Of a DNA stretch of 64,000 nucleotides, positions 26,569-38,070 are shown one piece after another. The stretch is from Thelocarpon superellum (lineage: Eukaryota), in contig JAPEUG010000015.1 of NCBI GenBank assembly GCA_026025795.1, positions 1 through 64,000 of the forward strand. The letters run 5' to 3'. The notes beneath the pieces were generated by a model. The model was not told the DNA's origin and searched no databases. It was given only the letters and a program-made list of their open reading frames with translations. Position 1 is the first letter of the stretch, and each line of letters begins with the position of its first letter. Position numbers and translations under genes: made by a program.

Positions 26569-27243
26569 TCAGCATGACTCTGCCCCGCCCTTGTCCACGC
26601 CTCCATCACGACTGCCACTGCCACCACTCGCAGCGGGAGGGACTGAAGACGACGCCGCCCCGCCCTCTCTCACACCCACACCACCACCCACACCTGCCTC
26701 CGTGCCCGCAACCGGCGGGACCAGATCACTTCCGGACCGCACCAGGTCCCGATCCGCGACGGCCGCCCCATCAAGCACACGCCCCACCTCCTTGGCCAAC
26801 TCGGGCCTTGCGCTGCTAATCTCTTGTGCCAAGACGTCCCGGAACTGCGCAAAGGCGCGGCTCTTCCCCGCGAGATACTCGTTGCTCTTCTGCACGGTCT
26901 CGACGAATTCGCGCGTGTAGATGTCCGGGTTGCGCCCGCTCTCGACGTACTCCAGCACCTCGGGCGGGATGGGCATGTGCACGGCCGGCGCCGTCGACGA
27001 GAGGGCCAGGAGGTGCGAGACGAGCGTTCTCGTCTTGCTGGTCAGTGCCGGCCCGGTGGTCGATGCCGATGCGTAGCCGTAGATGCAGGTGCTCATCTCG
27101 TACAGGTCTTGGATTATCGCCTGTAGTGATTCTGAGCGTCGCCGTGCTCGTGATTAGCTGGTGTCGGAGGAGGGAGGAGGGAGGAGGGAGAGGGGAGAAG
27201 TGGTGGGCTTACTCTCGACCGTGTCTACCGTGACGGGCGCCAT
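26569..27243 (-). CDS. MED10: Mediator subunit Med10 (Nut2), spliced
   Basis: MAPVTVDTVE|KSLQAIIQDLYE...IPPEVLEYVESGRNPDIYTREFVE..N..L.GK. Confidence 0.92.
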
Positions 27244-27534
27244 GATGACGATCGTCTTGGACGGCACAGAAGACGGGATCGATCTTGGCGGATAGGAGAG
27301 CGACGTGGCTCAATTGGAGGAGGTGCGGGTGCAGGTGGAGACGGACAGAATATCTCTCCACGCAGCGACGTCGAGACGAAGCTTGCACTCAATGACCGCC
27401 ACAGTCTGCGAGCCGAGCGCTCGAACGACCTTGGTGCTGCTCCAAAACGTCAAAAGGCACACACCTCGCAGCCTCCTGAGCCGCAACCTGCGTGCACAAA
27501 CAGGGTATCATCTCCACCGGCTCTCTGACACGCG

Positions 27535-28152
27535 ATGGAGCGGCCCGGTCCAGCTCCTGATGCAATGGACACGTCAGGCGATGTGGCAGGCGACGCGCAA
27601 GAGCCCCGATATGGCGGGTTCACGCGATTTGAGCTCGAGTTGGAGGTATGCTGCCGCCGGCTCAGGATTCCATCTGTCGAGTCGCCGAAGCTGACCACTT
27701 GTTTCTTCTCTCATGGCTAGTTTGTTCAATGCTTGTAAGACTCTCCACGCTACATCTCTCATGGTCCCCGCGGTCGACGCGAGTGGGCGGTGGACTGGTT
27801 CACGACTGACGATTGACGGGCAGAGCCAACCCATCATACTTAAACTACCTTGCCACGCAGAAGCTCTTCGATGATGCGGCGTTCGTGGCCTACTTGGATT
27901 ATCTACAATATTTTACTCGGCCCGAATACGCCAAGTTTCTCTTGTGGGTCATGTGTGGACCTGTATGGACCTGAGTGAGGTGGTCGTTGACTCGACTACA
28001 GATATCCGGGTCCTACTTTAAAGTCCCTGGAGCTTCTGCAACAAGAGCGTTTCCGAGTCGCCATTTTGAGTCCTGAGACGGTCAACAAGATGATCGAAGA
28101 AGAGTTGAAGGCTAGCATGGTTGAGGATACGCCGGATGGAACCACGACCTGA
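27535..28152 (+). CDS. MED31: Mediator subunit Med31 (Soh1), 4 exons
   Basis: Spliced protein: TRFELELE|FVQCL|ANPSYLNYLATQK..FVAYLDYLQYFTRPEYAKFLL|YPGPTLKSLELLQQERFR; stop TGA 28150-28152. Confidence 0.93.
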
Positions 28153-29064
28153 GGTGTCCATATGATTTTGCTGGCGTTGGTGGCCTCTTCTACAGATACC
28201 CTTCTAACGCCGTGATGCTGTACGGCAATGTAATGGATTGACGAAGACTTCAATCTTTCCACCTGCCTCCGCACGTGGTGCACTGCCAGACCTCTTAGTA
28301 TCTATCAGGGGATACGTTCAACAGGGAGGAATTCACCTTGTAGAACAATGTCATCGGCTCATCGGCGCTCCGGATTTGCAACTGCATGAAAAAGGCCTTG
28401 GTCCCTTCGCAATCTTCCGTCGGACATTGCACTATAGCCCTCACATCAGCGGCGTCGGCCTCATGCCCCGTTGAAGCCCTTCAGCTGGCTCACCGTCAGT
28501 CTGGTCGACATTGTCCCAGGCGCCCTGCCCGCCCATGACATCTTCAACTTCCTTCCGCTTCATATTTCTTCGTTCGAAGTATCTTTTCTCGAGCATGAAC
28601 TGATATGGGCACGTCCGACATTCGAGCCGGTTCGCGCCAGTGGGATGAGCCTCCGACGCTGGCGTGCGCGAGACCGTGAGGCAGTTGGAACACGACGGAC
28701 AAACTGGATTGGGTTAGTATGAGGCACCCAGCAGTATCAGAGGCACCCGATGATATCAGGACACTCCTTGCGTACTTACACAGCTGCATGGTGAGTGGGA
28801 TGCGGAGAGCATCTCTCAACGCAATTTCGCCGTAGGGCTGTTTTACCGTGTGGAGGGGCTGCAGGCTGCCGTGCAGACTGCAGCCCGATGGAGCAAGTCT
28901 AGGCGAATGTTCGACAGCTGTCAGTAGGGCCAAACTCTATGGGCGGAAGTAGCATCCCGACCACGCGCCACGTCTCGGCCACGGACTCCCTTGCCATCTC
29001 CTTTGCGCGGTCCCAATCCATTCCGCCTCTCAGGTGACAGATCCCCCGGTCGCACCGCAACGCC

Positions 29065-29806
29065 ATGGCTGCTCATAGCGGCCAAGACGATGTAAGCTCC
29101 ACGGTCCTCTGCGCTGCGCAGCCCGGCGAAGCTAACGGAATTCCAGGGCGCATCACCACGAGAAATCGTGCTCGAGGCCTGTCGGAGAAACAATACGGAG
29201 CTGCTAGACGAAGTCGTTGATACCGTTTCCCATGCCCCGCTTAATTCTGGAGGTCAGCGACTTTCTCCCGAGGAAGCCGTGGCCGACCTACTCAACCACG
29301 CTGTCGACGGCATCGGTAACCACTGCTTGCACCTGGCGGCTAGCTACGGCAGTTGTACGTTGAGCATGGCCCCACGAGGCGCGGGCAGCACTGACACCGA
29401 ATGAACATCAGATGAAGTTTTAGATGCCCTCCTGGATCACGAAGGGCTAGAAGTCGATCCGATCGATCGATTAGAGAGCGACACACCATTACACAAGGCG
29501 GTGCGATACGTCAACGATTTATCCCGCGACCGCTGGGACGATGCTCTGCAGCTGGTAGAGCTACTGCTGGACGCTGGGGCGGATCCACGGTCAGCTTCCG
29601 TCGTGCTCACTTCACGAGACCTCGTGCTGACTGGGACCAGGGTACGGAACAAGGCGAAGCTCAGGCCGATGGATCTCGCAGACCCCGCCAACACCGCCCT
29701 CCGCTCGACATTGCAAAAGGCCGAGTTTGCCCTCCTTGCGGGCGCCGACGTCATTCAAGAAGACGACGATGACGGTCCAACGGGGAGTGCTTCGGATGAC
29801 GAGTGA
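29065..29806 (+). CDS. Small ankyrin-repeat protein (yeast YCR051W-like), spliced
   Basis: EACRRNN.ELL, DGIGNHCLHLAASYGS, DTPLHKAV, LLLDAGADPR; acidic tail GSASDDE. Confidence 0.85.
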
Positions 29807-30481
29807 TCTCGGACGTGGACCACGGGGTCTAGTGTCTCCGGTGCGAACGATGGCGTCCCGGCGGCACATCAGCGGCATCTTCGGTCGTTTGTGGGCTTTG
29901 CATCTGTCACAGGTGATGGAGGACTTTCACGTCAGACCAGACGGTCGCGACGCACTATACATTATACGATAGCATGCAGGACTATTTCTTTTCGGAATCT
30001 CAGCTCAGGCCACAATCGAGTCCATTCGCAAAGGTGAGCCACGCTGCTTTGGTCACGCAGCATATGCCACGCCCGCGCGAGCGTGGTGAACTGGAGAGGT
30101 GAGGGGCGTAGAGGCAAAGCGGATGACTGTTTACCCGGAGTGTCAAAACGCCATACGCAACATGACGTGTGCGGGCGTCCCATTGTAGGGGCGGCCCTAC
30201 GGTCGCACGGACGTACAGTAGAACCGTAACAAAACAATACTCGAAGGCATTCTACAGGATCACTATATAGGACAGAGAGACCCGAGCAGAGTTGGAAAAG
30301 TATCCGTAGTCGCAATCAGTGGGTTCTGATCCACTGCCGATACTCACATACTTCTGGAAAGCGCACGGGAAGCGCCAATAGACGCGTGTCGTCCGCGTTC
30401 TGACCCCTCCATTCCAACGACACCCATATCGTGGACGGATGATTCTGTAGGGTCCCCGGCCATCCGACAAACCAGTCCAAC

Positions 30482-31724
30482 ATGCCCTTAATACGAAAAC
30501 GTAGAGCTGTGAGTTGCGTGGCCTTCGAATCACGTACGGCCGCCCTGATTTGTCCTCTAGTCACACCCAGTCAATCCCGAGCCCGTCGAGTCAGCCTCCT
30601 CCGACAGCGAAGCCAATGGGGCAGATCAACTGAACGCCGAATGTGGGGACGGCGCAGATACACAGGTCGACGGGACCGGTCGCCAGCAGATGGTGAAGAA
30701 GATGGTGCGTCTTGCTCTGGCCAGCGAATACGCCCGCCAGCCGATTCGGCGCGTGGACGTGGCAAGCAAAGGTAGGCGGCGGAATGCTGTCCCGACGGCG
30801 GACCAAACGTCTCTGACGTGCGTGGTAGTTCTTGGGCAGAACAGCCGTCAATTCAAGCCGGTTTTCCAGGACGCGCAGACCCAGCTCCGGAGCGTCTTTG
30901 GCATGGAGATGGTAGAGCTGCCGATCAGAGAGAAAGTCACCATCTCCCAGCGACGAGGTACGCTTGCCCTCCCGCCGTGGAAGGGAAGGAGCGAGTTGTG
31001 CTGATCGTCCTCAGCTGCCCAGCGCGTCGACAAGGCGTCGACGACGTCCAAAGCCTACATACTCCAGTCGATCCTGCCCGACAAATACCGCAGTGACCCG
31101 CGCATCCTGCCGCCCCCCAAGATTCCTACCTCCGAAAACGAAGCCACGTACAACGGCTTATATACCTTCTTGATCTCTGTCATCTACCTATCTGGTGGCA
31201 CGATCGGAGAAGCAAAGCTCGAACGACATCTGAAGCGAGTGAATGCAGATCAGTATACGCCCATCGACAAGACGGAGAAACTCTTGCTACGGTTGTGCAA
31301 AGAGGGCTACCTGACGAGAGTCAAGGATTCGAGTGGCGGAGAAGAAGTAGTGGAGTACATGGTGGGGCCGCGCGGGAAGTTGGAGGTGGGTATCGACGGC
31401 GTCATGGGCGTCGCAAAGACGGTGTACGGAGACATGGAGGACCTGGAGGCCAAGGTGCAGCGGAGTATGGGTCTGGACGAAGAGCAGAGCAAGAAGAAGA
31501 AGAAGAAGAAGAAGGGCCCGGAATCAAGTCAGCAAGCTGGCGGGCCAAGTGGAACAGCAACGAGGGGACCAGGACGACCGGGACGACCGGGACGAAGCGT
31601 GAGCAGGGCGGCGACTGGCGCAAGCAGAGGCACAGCGGAAGACGGAGAAGAGGAAAGCGAAGATGACGACGATGAAGAAGAAGAAGATGATGATGATGAT
31701 GATGATGACGATGACGATGAATAG
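30482..31724 (+). CDS. NSE3: MAGE-family Smc5/6 subunit Nse3, spliced
   Basis: MVKKMVRLALASEY.R.PIRR, LRSVFGMEMVELP, LCKEGYL, YMVGPRGKLEVG; acidic tail. Confidence 0.85.
31662..31721. repeat. GAY/GAA microsatellite encoding the poly-Asp/Glu tail (with an (AAG)n poly-Lys run at about 31491-31514)
   Basis: Read directly. Confidence 0.85.
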
Positions 31725-32018
31725 AAGAGATTGATTTGACAACGCTCCGAATAGCGAGCTTTTTGGTCCAAGTCCTGAAATCGACTCATCACAGTCGGGA
31801 GAATACATTAAGCCCAAACACCTGAGCAATGAGGCAGAGTGAAGGAAGAAGATAAAACCAAGCTAGCCAGCTTTTCCTGCACCTGCCCCCCTTCGCCCAT
31901 GCAGAAGCGAAGAGATTGTCCTCGGTCCAACGCCTGCAAAAACAAGAGATCCGATTCCATCCAGCGTCCACGTTTGTCGTGCCCCTGCTCGCCCGTCCAT
32001 GGGCGAATTGGCTTGCGT

Positions 32019-32381
32019 TTAGTTTTCGGCCTCGCGTCTGGCTTTGCTGTTGTCCTCATATGCCTTTTGCTCGCCGGGGCTGAAGCCGAGAGCGGGGCCG
32101 TTCAGTTGGCGCTTCGCCTTGTCGTTGCCCTCGTATGCCTCCTGCTCGCCGGGGGTGAAGCCGAGAGCGGGACCTTTCAGCTGGCGCTTCGCCTTGTCGT
32201 TGCCCTCGTATGCCTCCTGCTCGCCGGGGGTGAAGCCCAGACGGGGACCGCTCAACTGGCGCTTCGCGTTGACATCGGCCTTGACCTCCACGGGAACGTT
32301 GCTGACGAAACCGTAGAGAGGGAGGGCGGCTGCCAAAGGCAGAGCCAGGAGGAAAGTCGAGGTGATGATGGTGACACGCAT
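32019..32381 (-). CDS. Secreted Kex2-processed repeat protein (KEP), 120 aa peptide precursor
   Basis: Signal peptide MRVTIITSTFLLALPLAAA, then three 25-aa units bounded by KR/RR. Pyrimidine-rich leader precedes ATG 32381. Confidence 0.85.
   Translation of the reverse strand: MRVTIITSTFLLALPLAAALPLYGFVSNVPVEVKADVNAKRQLSGPRLGFTPGEQEAYEGNDKAKRQLKGPALGFTPGEQEAYEGNDKAKRQLNGPALGFSPGEQKAYEDNSKARREAEN
32037..32266. repeat. 75-bp tandem repeat x3 within the KEP gene
   Basis: gcttcgccttgtcgttgccc recurs at 32111 and 32186, and gcttcgcgttg at 32261. Confidence 0.92.
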
Positions 32382-33482
32382 TCTGGCTGTCGGAGGATGT
32401 ATACGAGCGAAGAGAATCGAGAGCTGGAAAAGCGAAGAGGGCTGAAGAGCAAGCCGGGAGCGATTGCCTTGGGAAGCCGAGGATGTTACCGGACGAAGAG
32501 TCGAAGCACCGGATGCTGCTGATGCTCTGGAGACGGAGAGACACTGTCTCCTTATGTATCCATTCATTCGCCATTCGCCTCCACATCGCCTCTGATGTTT
32601 GTGGGACATAGCTCCGAAACCGTGGTCGAGATAAAACAGGTGTGGTACGCAAGAATAGATGGGACAATGGGTTGTCTCACGGACGACTGACAACAATGCG
32701 GCGCGGCAGACGACGCATTAGAAACTTGAGTCCGAGGCGAGGCTGTGAGCTGTGCGTGGAGCCCTTCTCAAACACACTCCAGACGACGCTCCTAGATCTC
32801 TTGCTGCGGATAGAATGCGGTGGTTATCGGGGCCCTGAGTGAATCAATGCAACGTTGACACTCGTAGTACGAGTGCCAACGTTACTGCTTACTATTACTG
32901 CGTTAGTAACGACTCGCAGGAATTGTTCGAGGTTCGAAGTTCCGGCGCGGGTGGAAACATGAGGCTCTTCAGCGGCTCCGCCTCTCGAACAATGGCTTGG
33001 TAATGGTATTGTGGCCTTACCACAATCGTCCGTGCGTCTCGGCTCCGTTCCGACCCCGCCGCCGCCGCTGCGCACCCGCGGGTCGGTATGTTGGTGGGCA
33101 TAGCATTTCGGAACTGAGTGGGATTGCAGAAACTCTCCTTGGTGCCTCTTTCCACCTCACCCTGCCATGCGCCGCACCCACTTCGAGCGTCCGCATCTAC
33201 GGACGATCGTAGCTACAATCCGTGAATCTTACTGACCAGGAGTTACAAATGATCGCGAACGGGATGAAAAAGGTGGTTCAAGTGGATCTCTCATTTGTAA
33301 AACTATCCAACAGCTCCGTCTCCTCATAAGAAGGCGTGGCAGGTTTCAGTAAAGCCAAGTGGTTCAACCATGAATTTCCAACATCGAAACAAACTCCATC
33401 CGTGCCATCTGCTGCTGCTCCATCCAGTGGAGATGTGCGCTCATCATTGTGCACCATGCGTTATGTCCTCTCTCGAGCGGAC

Positions 33483-33812
33483 TCAAGCTACTTGCGTGCA
33501 GTTGGCGATGCTAGTTACGACAAGGACCTGGCATGACTTTTGGTTGAGGCACGCGTAGGTTTGGTTGGTGGCGCAGTCGGATTTCATCTGTGAGAAGTCG
33601 ACGACCGGATAGCCACCCGTGCCAGCTTGTGCCACGGCTGCTGGCTGTTGCTGCCCTTGTGTCGCTTCTTCCGCCTGGGCGAGCGCGTTGGCTTCTTGAA
33701 GTCTGTGGTTTCCGAGCCCAAGACCGCCGACCTGAGGTGCCGGTGCGGATATGGAGAGGAGAGGGAGGGCGAGAAGGCACAACACGCTGCCGAAGATGGT
33801 CGAGGAGTGCAT
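33483..33812 (-). CDS. Small secreted 4-Cys protein A (109 aa)
   Basis: Signal peptide MHSSTIFGSVLCLLALPLLSIS-APAP, Q/A-rich linker, then CATNQTYACLNQKSCQVLVVTSIANC. Upstream TATA box and CT-rich leader. Confidence 0.75.
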   Translation of the reverse strand: MHSSTIFGSVLCLLALPLLSISAPAPQVGGLGLGNHRLQEANALAQAEEATQGQQQPAAVAQAGTGGYPVVDFSQMKSDCATNQTYACLNQKSCQVLVVTSIANCTQVA

Positions 33813-34053
33813 GGTGAGGAGGAGGAAGATGGTGCCGAGTAAAGAGGACTGAACTGTTCGAGATGGAGAGAGAGAAAGATGGCAGACCAAAGCAAGTCTT
33901 GAAGGCGGTTGATAGAAGAGGAGCTTGAGTGAAGAGACGATCGAGAAGGAGCAGGCCGGAAGAATGGAAATGTTCGGAGGAATGGAAGCCGATTGTTCTG
34001 AAGAAGAGACGCTGATTGTTCTGGGGTTCCGATTCAATGGGACAATCACTCTG

Positions 34054-34061
34054 TTTATATA
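34054..34061 (-). promoter_or_regulatory. TATA box (TATATAAA) of small secreted protein A
   Basis: Lies about 240 nt upstream of ATG 33812 and is followed by a pyrimidine-rich leader. Confidence 0.6.
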
Positions 34062-34618
34062 GACGGGGCGTGGAGCTGTGGAGACAATGGTCTCCAGCTG
34101 ATACACGCCCAGAAAACACCCGGAGAAGTGACCATGAAATCCGCCAGGCGAAACGCGTCTCAGGCAACATCCAAGGTTTGTCTGAGGTGGCATTAGAATG
34201 CTCCTTGAGGCAAGTTTCAGGATGATTCATGCCGCCAGAACAACGTATCGCAAACCAAACCACGCCTTGCGGCGGGTTATACGACGATTCACCTCCTCAG
34301 GCCAAACGCGTCTGAAGAGACTTATGCACAAGTCGGCAGGAATAACATGAAACCCTATTGTTCTCGTGCGAGGTATTATCTGATGATGCTCTCACTGCTG
34401 ACATCACGAGGGACGACCGGTGAGCGGTGAGCAGCGAGCGGTGAGACTGGACGCAGGGTGTTTGTTGCTGTTGCATATTCTACTATATACCGCATAAGAC
34501 CCTGACAACACCCCCCCTTTTCCGCAATGCCGTAACGCCAATCGCCATAGCCGCCTTCGCCTTCCAATGCCCAAGTTGCAAGGGCTCTATGTGGCAAAGA
34601 TCGCCTGTTCCGTTGGCC

Positions 34619-34885
34619 TCATAGCTCCACGACCTTTGGATGCGAATCGCAGTCGTATCGGGTTGATCGCCGACGGAGCCAGAAATCACATGCACGTTGC
34701 TCCTGGCAGTAGTATTCTTTGTCCGACAGGCAAGATGGCCCGTGCAAGTAGCCTCTCTCTTGCGCAATCGTCGATGAGGCCAGGTTGAGCGTGACATGTG
34801 CTGCCGTTTCCAGTCGAGGTGCGGGGAAAGCGGCCGCGAGGGGAATTGCGATGAGGACGGAAAGGGTGGCGGGAGAGAGATGCAT
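34619..34885 (-). CDS. Small secreted 4-Cys protein B (88 aa)
   Basis: Signal peptide MHLSPATLSVLIAIPLAAA-FPAP; CLSDKEYYCQEQRACDFWLRRRSTRYDC. Confidence 0.7.
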   Translation of the reverse strand: MHLSPATLSVLIAIPLAAAFPAPRLETAAHVTLNLASSTIAQERGYLHGPSCLSDKEYYCQEQRACDFWLRRRSTRYDCDSHPKVVEL

Positions 34886-35988
34886 CGTTCTGGGAAACTG
34901 ACGGCTCCGCCGTCGAATCGTCGAGGGAGACGTGAACGACGTTCGAGAATGGCTCTGAATGAACCGTCAACGAGGGCTGTTTCGGACAAAACGGAAGGAG
35001 AGAGGTGTTTGGCCCGACGGTCGCGGCCATCAAATCTCATATACTTGTGCGTTGGAGAGTTCCAAGAGTGAGGGAGGCACGCATGAGGCATGTCGGACCC
35101 AAGTCTTGCCCCCGGAAGGGGTGTCCAACAATAGAACTGAGCCGGACGTCGAGCATGATCATCTATGCACCGGCCTGTCTGTGGTGTACTGTGCGCGCCA
35201 AGACCTTCACGGGAGTCCAGTCGGGCTGAGCCACGACTCCTGAGCCCCTTCCTTTTCCGCAGGCGGTCTTTGTACTTGAACAGCGACTGAATCCTGTCTG
35301 GAAAACGCTCCGCGATGGGGACGAAAGACGGGTTCCGTCTTTCACCCGCGGATTTGTTGTATCAATGATACTTCCTGGCTCGTAGTCAATGCACGGAACA
35401 GCTACGGAGGGTGCTGGCGACCACCGTATCGATCGTTAGGTAACGGGAATGCCGAAGCCTGCGACTCGCCAACTTAGGTGACCCACGTGACGTCGTACAA
35501 GCGGACCTCCCTTCGCGAGACAGGGAAGGTACGAGTACCCTACCCATGTTCCTTCAAGGTTTCCTCGGTCGCCGTGCCGCAGAGCTGCCATGGTGCCTTC
35601 CTCTCGGCGACGCCGAGTACCTCCGAGGGACGGGGACAAGCCCGCCGTAGCTTCGCCCTACCCTGGTCGTAGGCAATCGCTTGCACCCACTGCCGATCCT
35701 CCCCCCTTCCGCCACCGGGTCGCGACACTGCAGCGCGCGAATTGGAGCGCCGTCGAGGTCGTGGCGTTTGTTGCGATTGAGCTGCCCCAACACCTCCACA
35801 GCCTCTTGTGCCCGCGCTCGCGCCCGCGCCCGCGCCGCCGTGCGACCATTCGTTCGACCCATCTTCCCATCCAACTTGCGTCTTCGGGGTTCCATCACGA
35901 GACCCTATCGCCTCAAACTCCATCGATTGCTCTCTGCACCATGATCTAAGCCATTCACTGCTCGGCCGCGACCCCGGCTTCCTTCAAC

Positions 35989-38070
35989 ATGTCGAAGCTC
36001 GCGGATCTCTTGAATCCAGTGACGACCTCAACCCCTCCAACTCCAGTGCCCGTCGCATCATTACCAGATGCCGATCCACCTAGTTCCCGTGCATACTTAC
36101 GTGATAGCACCGCCTCGATAGGACCCACGACGTCGTCAGTCAACACGGAACACACTCACAGCGCACCAACGCACGACCGTCCGACTCAAGTCCCTAATGA
36201 CGAGCCCGCACCTTCAGCCGATGCGCAGCCTCCAGACGGCCTGCATGTGAAAGCACCGTCGCGGTTCCAGGAAATTCCCGATCAGAGCGCGACCCATACC
36301 TGCCACGAGCCCGAGCTGGACAGAGCGCCTGGCTCTCCACTTCAAGCGCCGGTGGAGCCAACGCAGCATGACACGACGGCCACAAAGGAATTGGTCTTGA
36401 ACGAGGCTGCCGAACCTAACCACCAAGACGTTGATCGGGCGTCTCCAGAACATGCGTCAACTCTGACTCCGACGCCACTTGATACACGGTCGGAGGTACC
36501 TGCATCATCTCCCAAGCCGGACGCACCCGTCAAGAACGAGCCATCTCCAATCCCGGTCGACGACACACCGGCGACTTCACGTCCGACACCCGTCATTGAA
36601 CTGTCCGGCACCGAACAGTCTCCTCCGCCCCAAGCCGAAGGTAGTGACGTCGAGGGCACGGGAACGGCCGCGAAGCCGGATATGGTCGCGCCCAAAGCCG
36701 AATCCACTCCGATCACGAAAACCGAGCGGAAGCGCCCGCCGAAAAACGTAACCGCCAAGAAGGGCACGGCGGCCGGTCACAAGAAGACCCAGGCCAAAAA
36801 GCGAAAGCTCGACATCGACGAGTACGATGATACCCCATCCAGCAAGCGATCTGCCACACCCGCCTCCTCGCGGGCCTCCAAGACTCCTGCGACTGCGGCG
36901 CGACGAAACTCGTCCACGCCCGCCGCCCACAGTAGCTCTCCGGCCGCCGAGGGCGGAGACATTTTCTGTATTTGCCGGCGACCTGATGACCACACTTGGA
37001 TGATCGGATGTGACGGCGGCTGCGAGGACTGGTTCCATGGGAAGTGTGTCAGCATCAAGGAGGAGGACGGCGATCTGATTGACAAGTACATCTGTGAGCA
37101 CCGCATGAGAGCATTCACTCCGCTCTATGACGACTAACCTCCGACAGGTCCGAACTGCGCCAGCGAGGGCAAAGGCCATACGACGTGGAAGCCCATGTGC
37201 CGCCTCGATGGTTGCCGTCAGCCCGCGCGCCTGTCCAAGGACCGCGCCAGCAAGTACTGCTGCGACGAGCACGGTCGAGAGTTTTGGCGCCAACACACCC
37301 CCAGCGAGAAGAAGCGCAAGCGGCTCGAGCATGAGGAGGAAGACGGCAGTACCACGCTGGGTGGGCCGCTCAGCAAAGCCGAGCTGGCAACGATCGTACG
37401 GAGCGTCAAGAACGTGGGGGAGTTCCGAAGCATGGGAGACGGCGTGCTCAGTCCCCCGCCCACAGCGCACTCCAACCATGGTGATGTTCACATGACGGAC
37501 AACGGCGACGATCCGGACGCGAACGAGGCGGAGAGGTGGTTCAACGACGAGGAACGGGCGCGGGTCCAACGCATCCGCGACTCCAAAGAGGGCGTGGTGC
37601 GCCGTCTCGGTGGTCTCAAGTCACGAGAACAATTTGTGCAGCTCGTGCGGGACCGAGCCAAGAAGGTGCTGGGCGAGTTGACGGGGACGAAGGACATCTG
37701 CGGCTTCGATGCTCGTCTGGCGTGGACCGAGGAAGAGTTCCTGGCCTGGAAGGACAGTGACGACGGCCGCCAGGCGTTCGCGACCGGCGTCCTCATGCCG
37801 CCCACCGACGTCACCGACGAGTCGATCGAGGGCGATGAGTCTGCCATTGGAGCAGGCGTCTGCCAGAAGAAACGCTGCGAGCGGCATAAGCTGTGGCGAA
37901 ATCTCCAAGTGCAGGAGATTCGCTTCGACGAGGCCCATCTCACCGACGAGCTGCACAAGTTACAACGGGAAGAAAGCGAGGTCCGCGAACGGGCGAAACT
38001 GCGACGAATCAAAGAGTCTGAAGGAGACCGCGAAGGTAGGATTGAGGTCGTCGAACAAGCTACGACTTGA
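35989..38070 (+). CDS. SPP1: COMPASS/Set1C PHD-finger subunit Spp1, spliced
   Basis: FCICRRPDDHTWMIGCDGGCEDWFHGKC..YIC|PNC; CRLDGCRQPAR..SKYC; ICGFDARL; C.KKRCERH..W. Confidence 0.9.

Noticed and set aside
32037..32266. 75-bp repeats as a CRISPR-like array
   Set aside because: Contiguous coding repeats with no unique spacers, in a eukaryote.
32019..32381. KEP as an alpha-type mating pheromone precursor
   Set aside because: The repeats lack the Trp/Cys-containing WC...GQ.C-type core and the XA/XP Ste13 spacers typical of Pezizomycotina alpha-like pheromones; only the terminal RR-EA resembles them.
32920..32960. GGTTCGA T-loop-like word suggesting a tRNA
   Set aside because: No cloverleaf stems or A-box could be built around it.
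29800..36000. Dikaritin RiPP gene cluster around the KEP
   Set aside because: No DUF3328/UstYa-like (HxxHC) ORF, tyrosinase or other tailoring enzyme was seen nearby. Modification in trans is not excluded.
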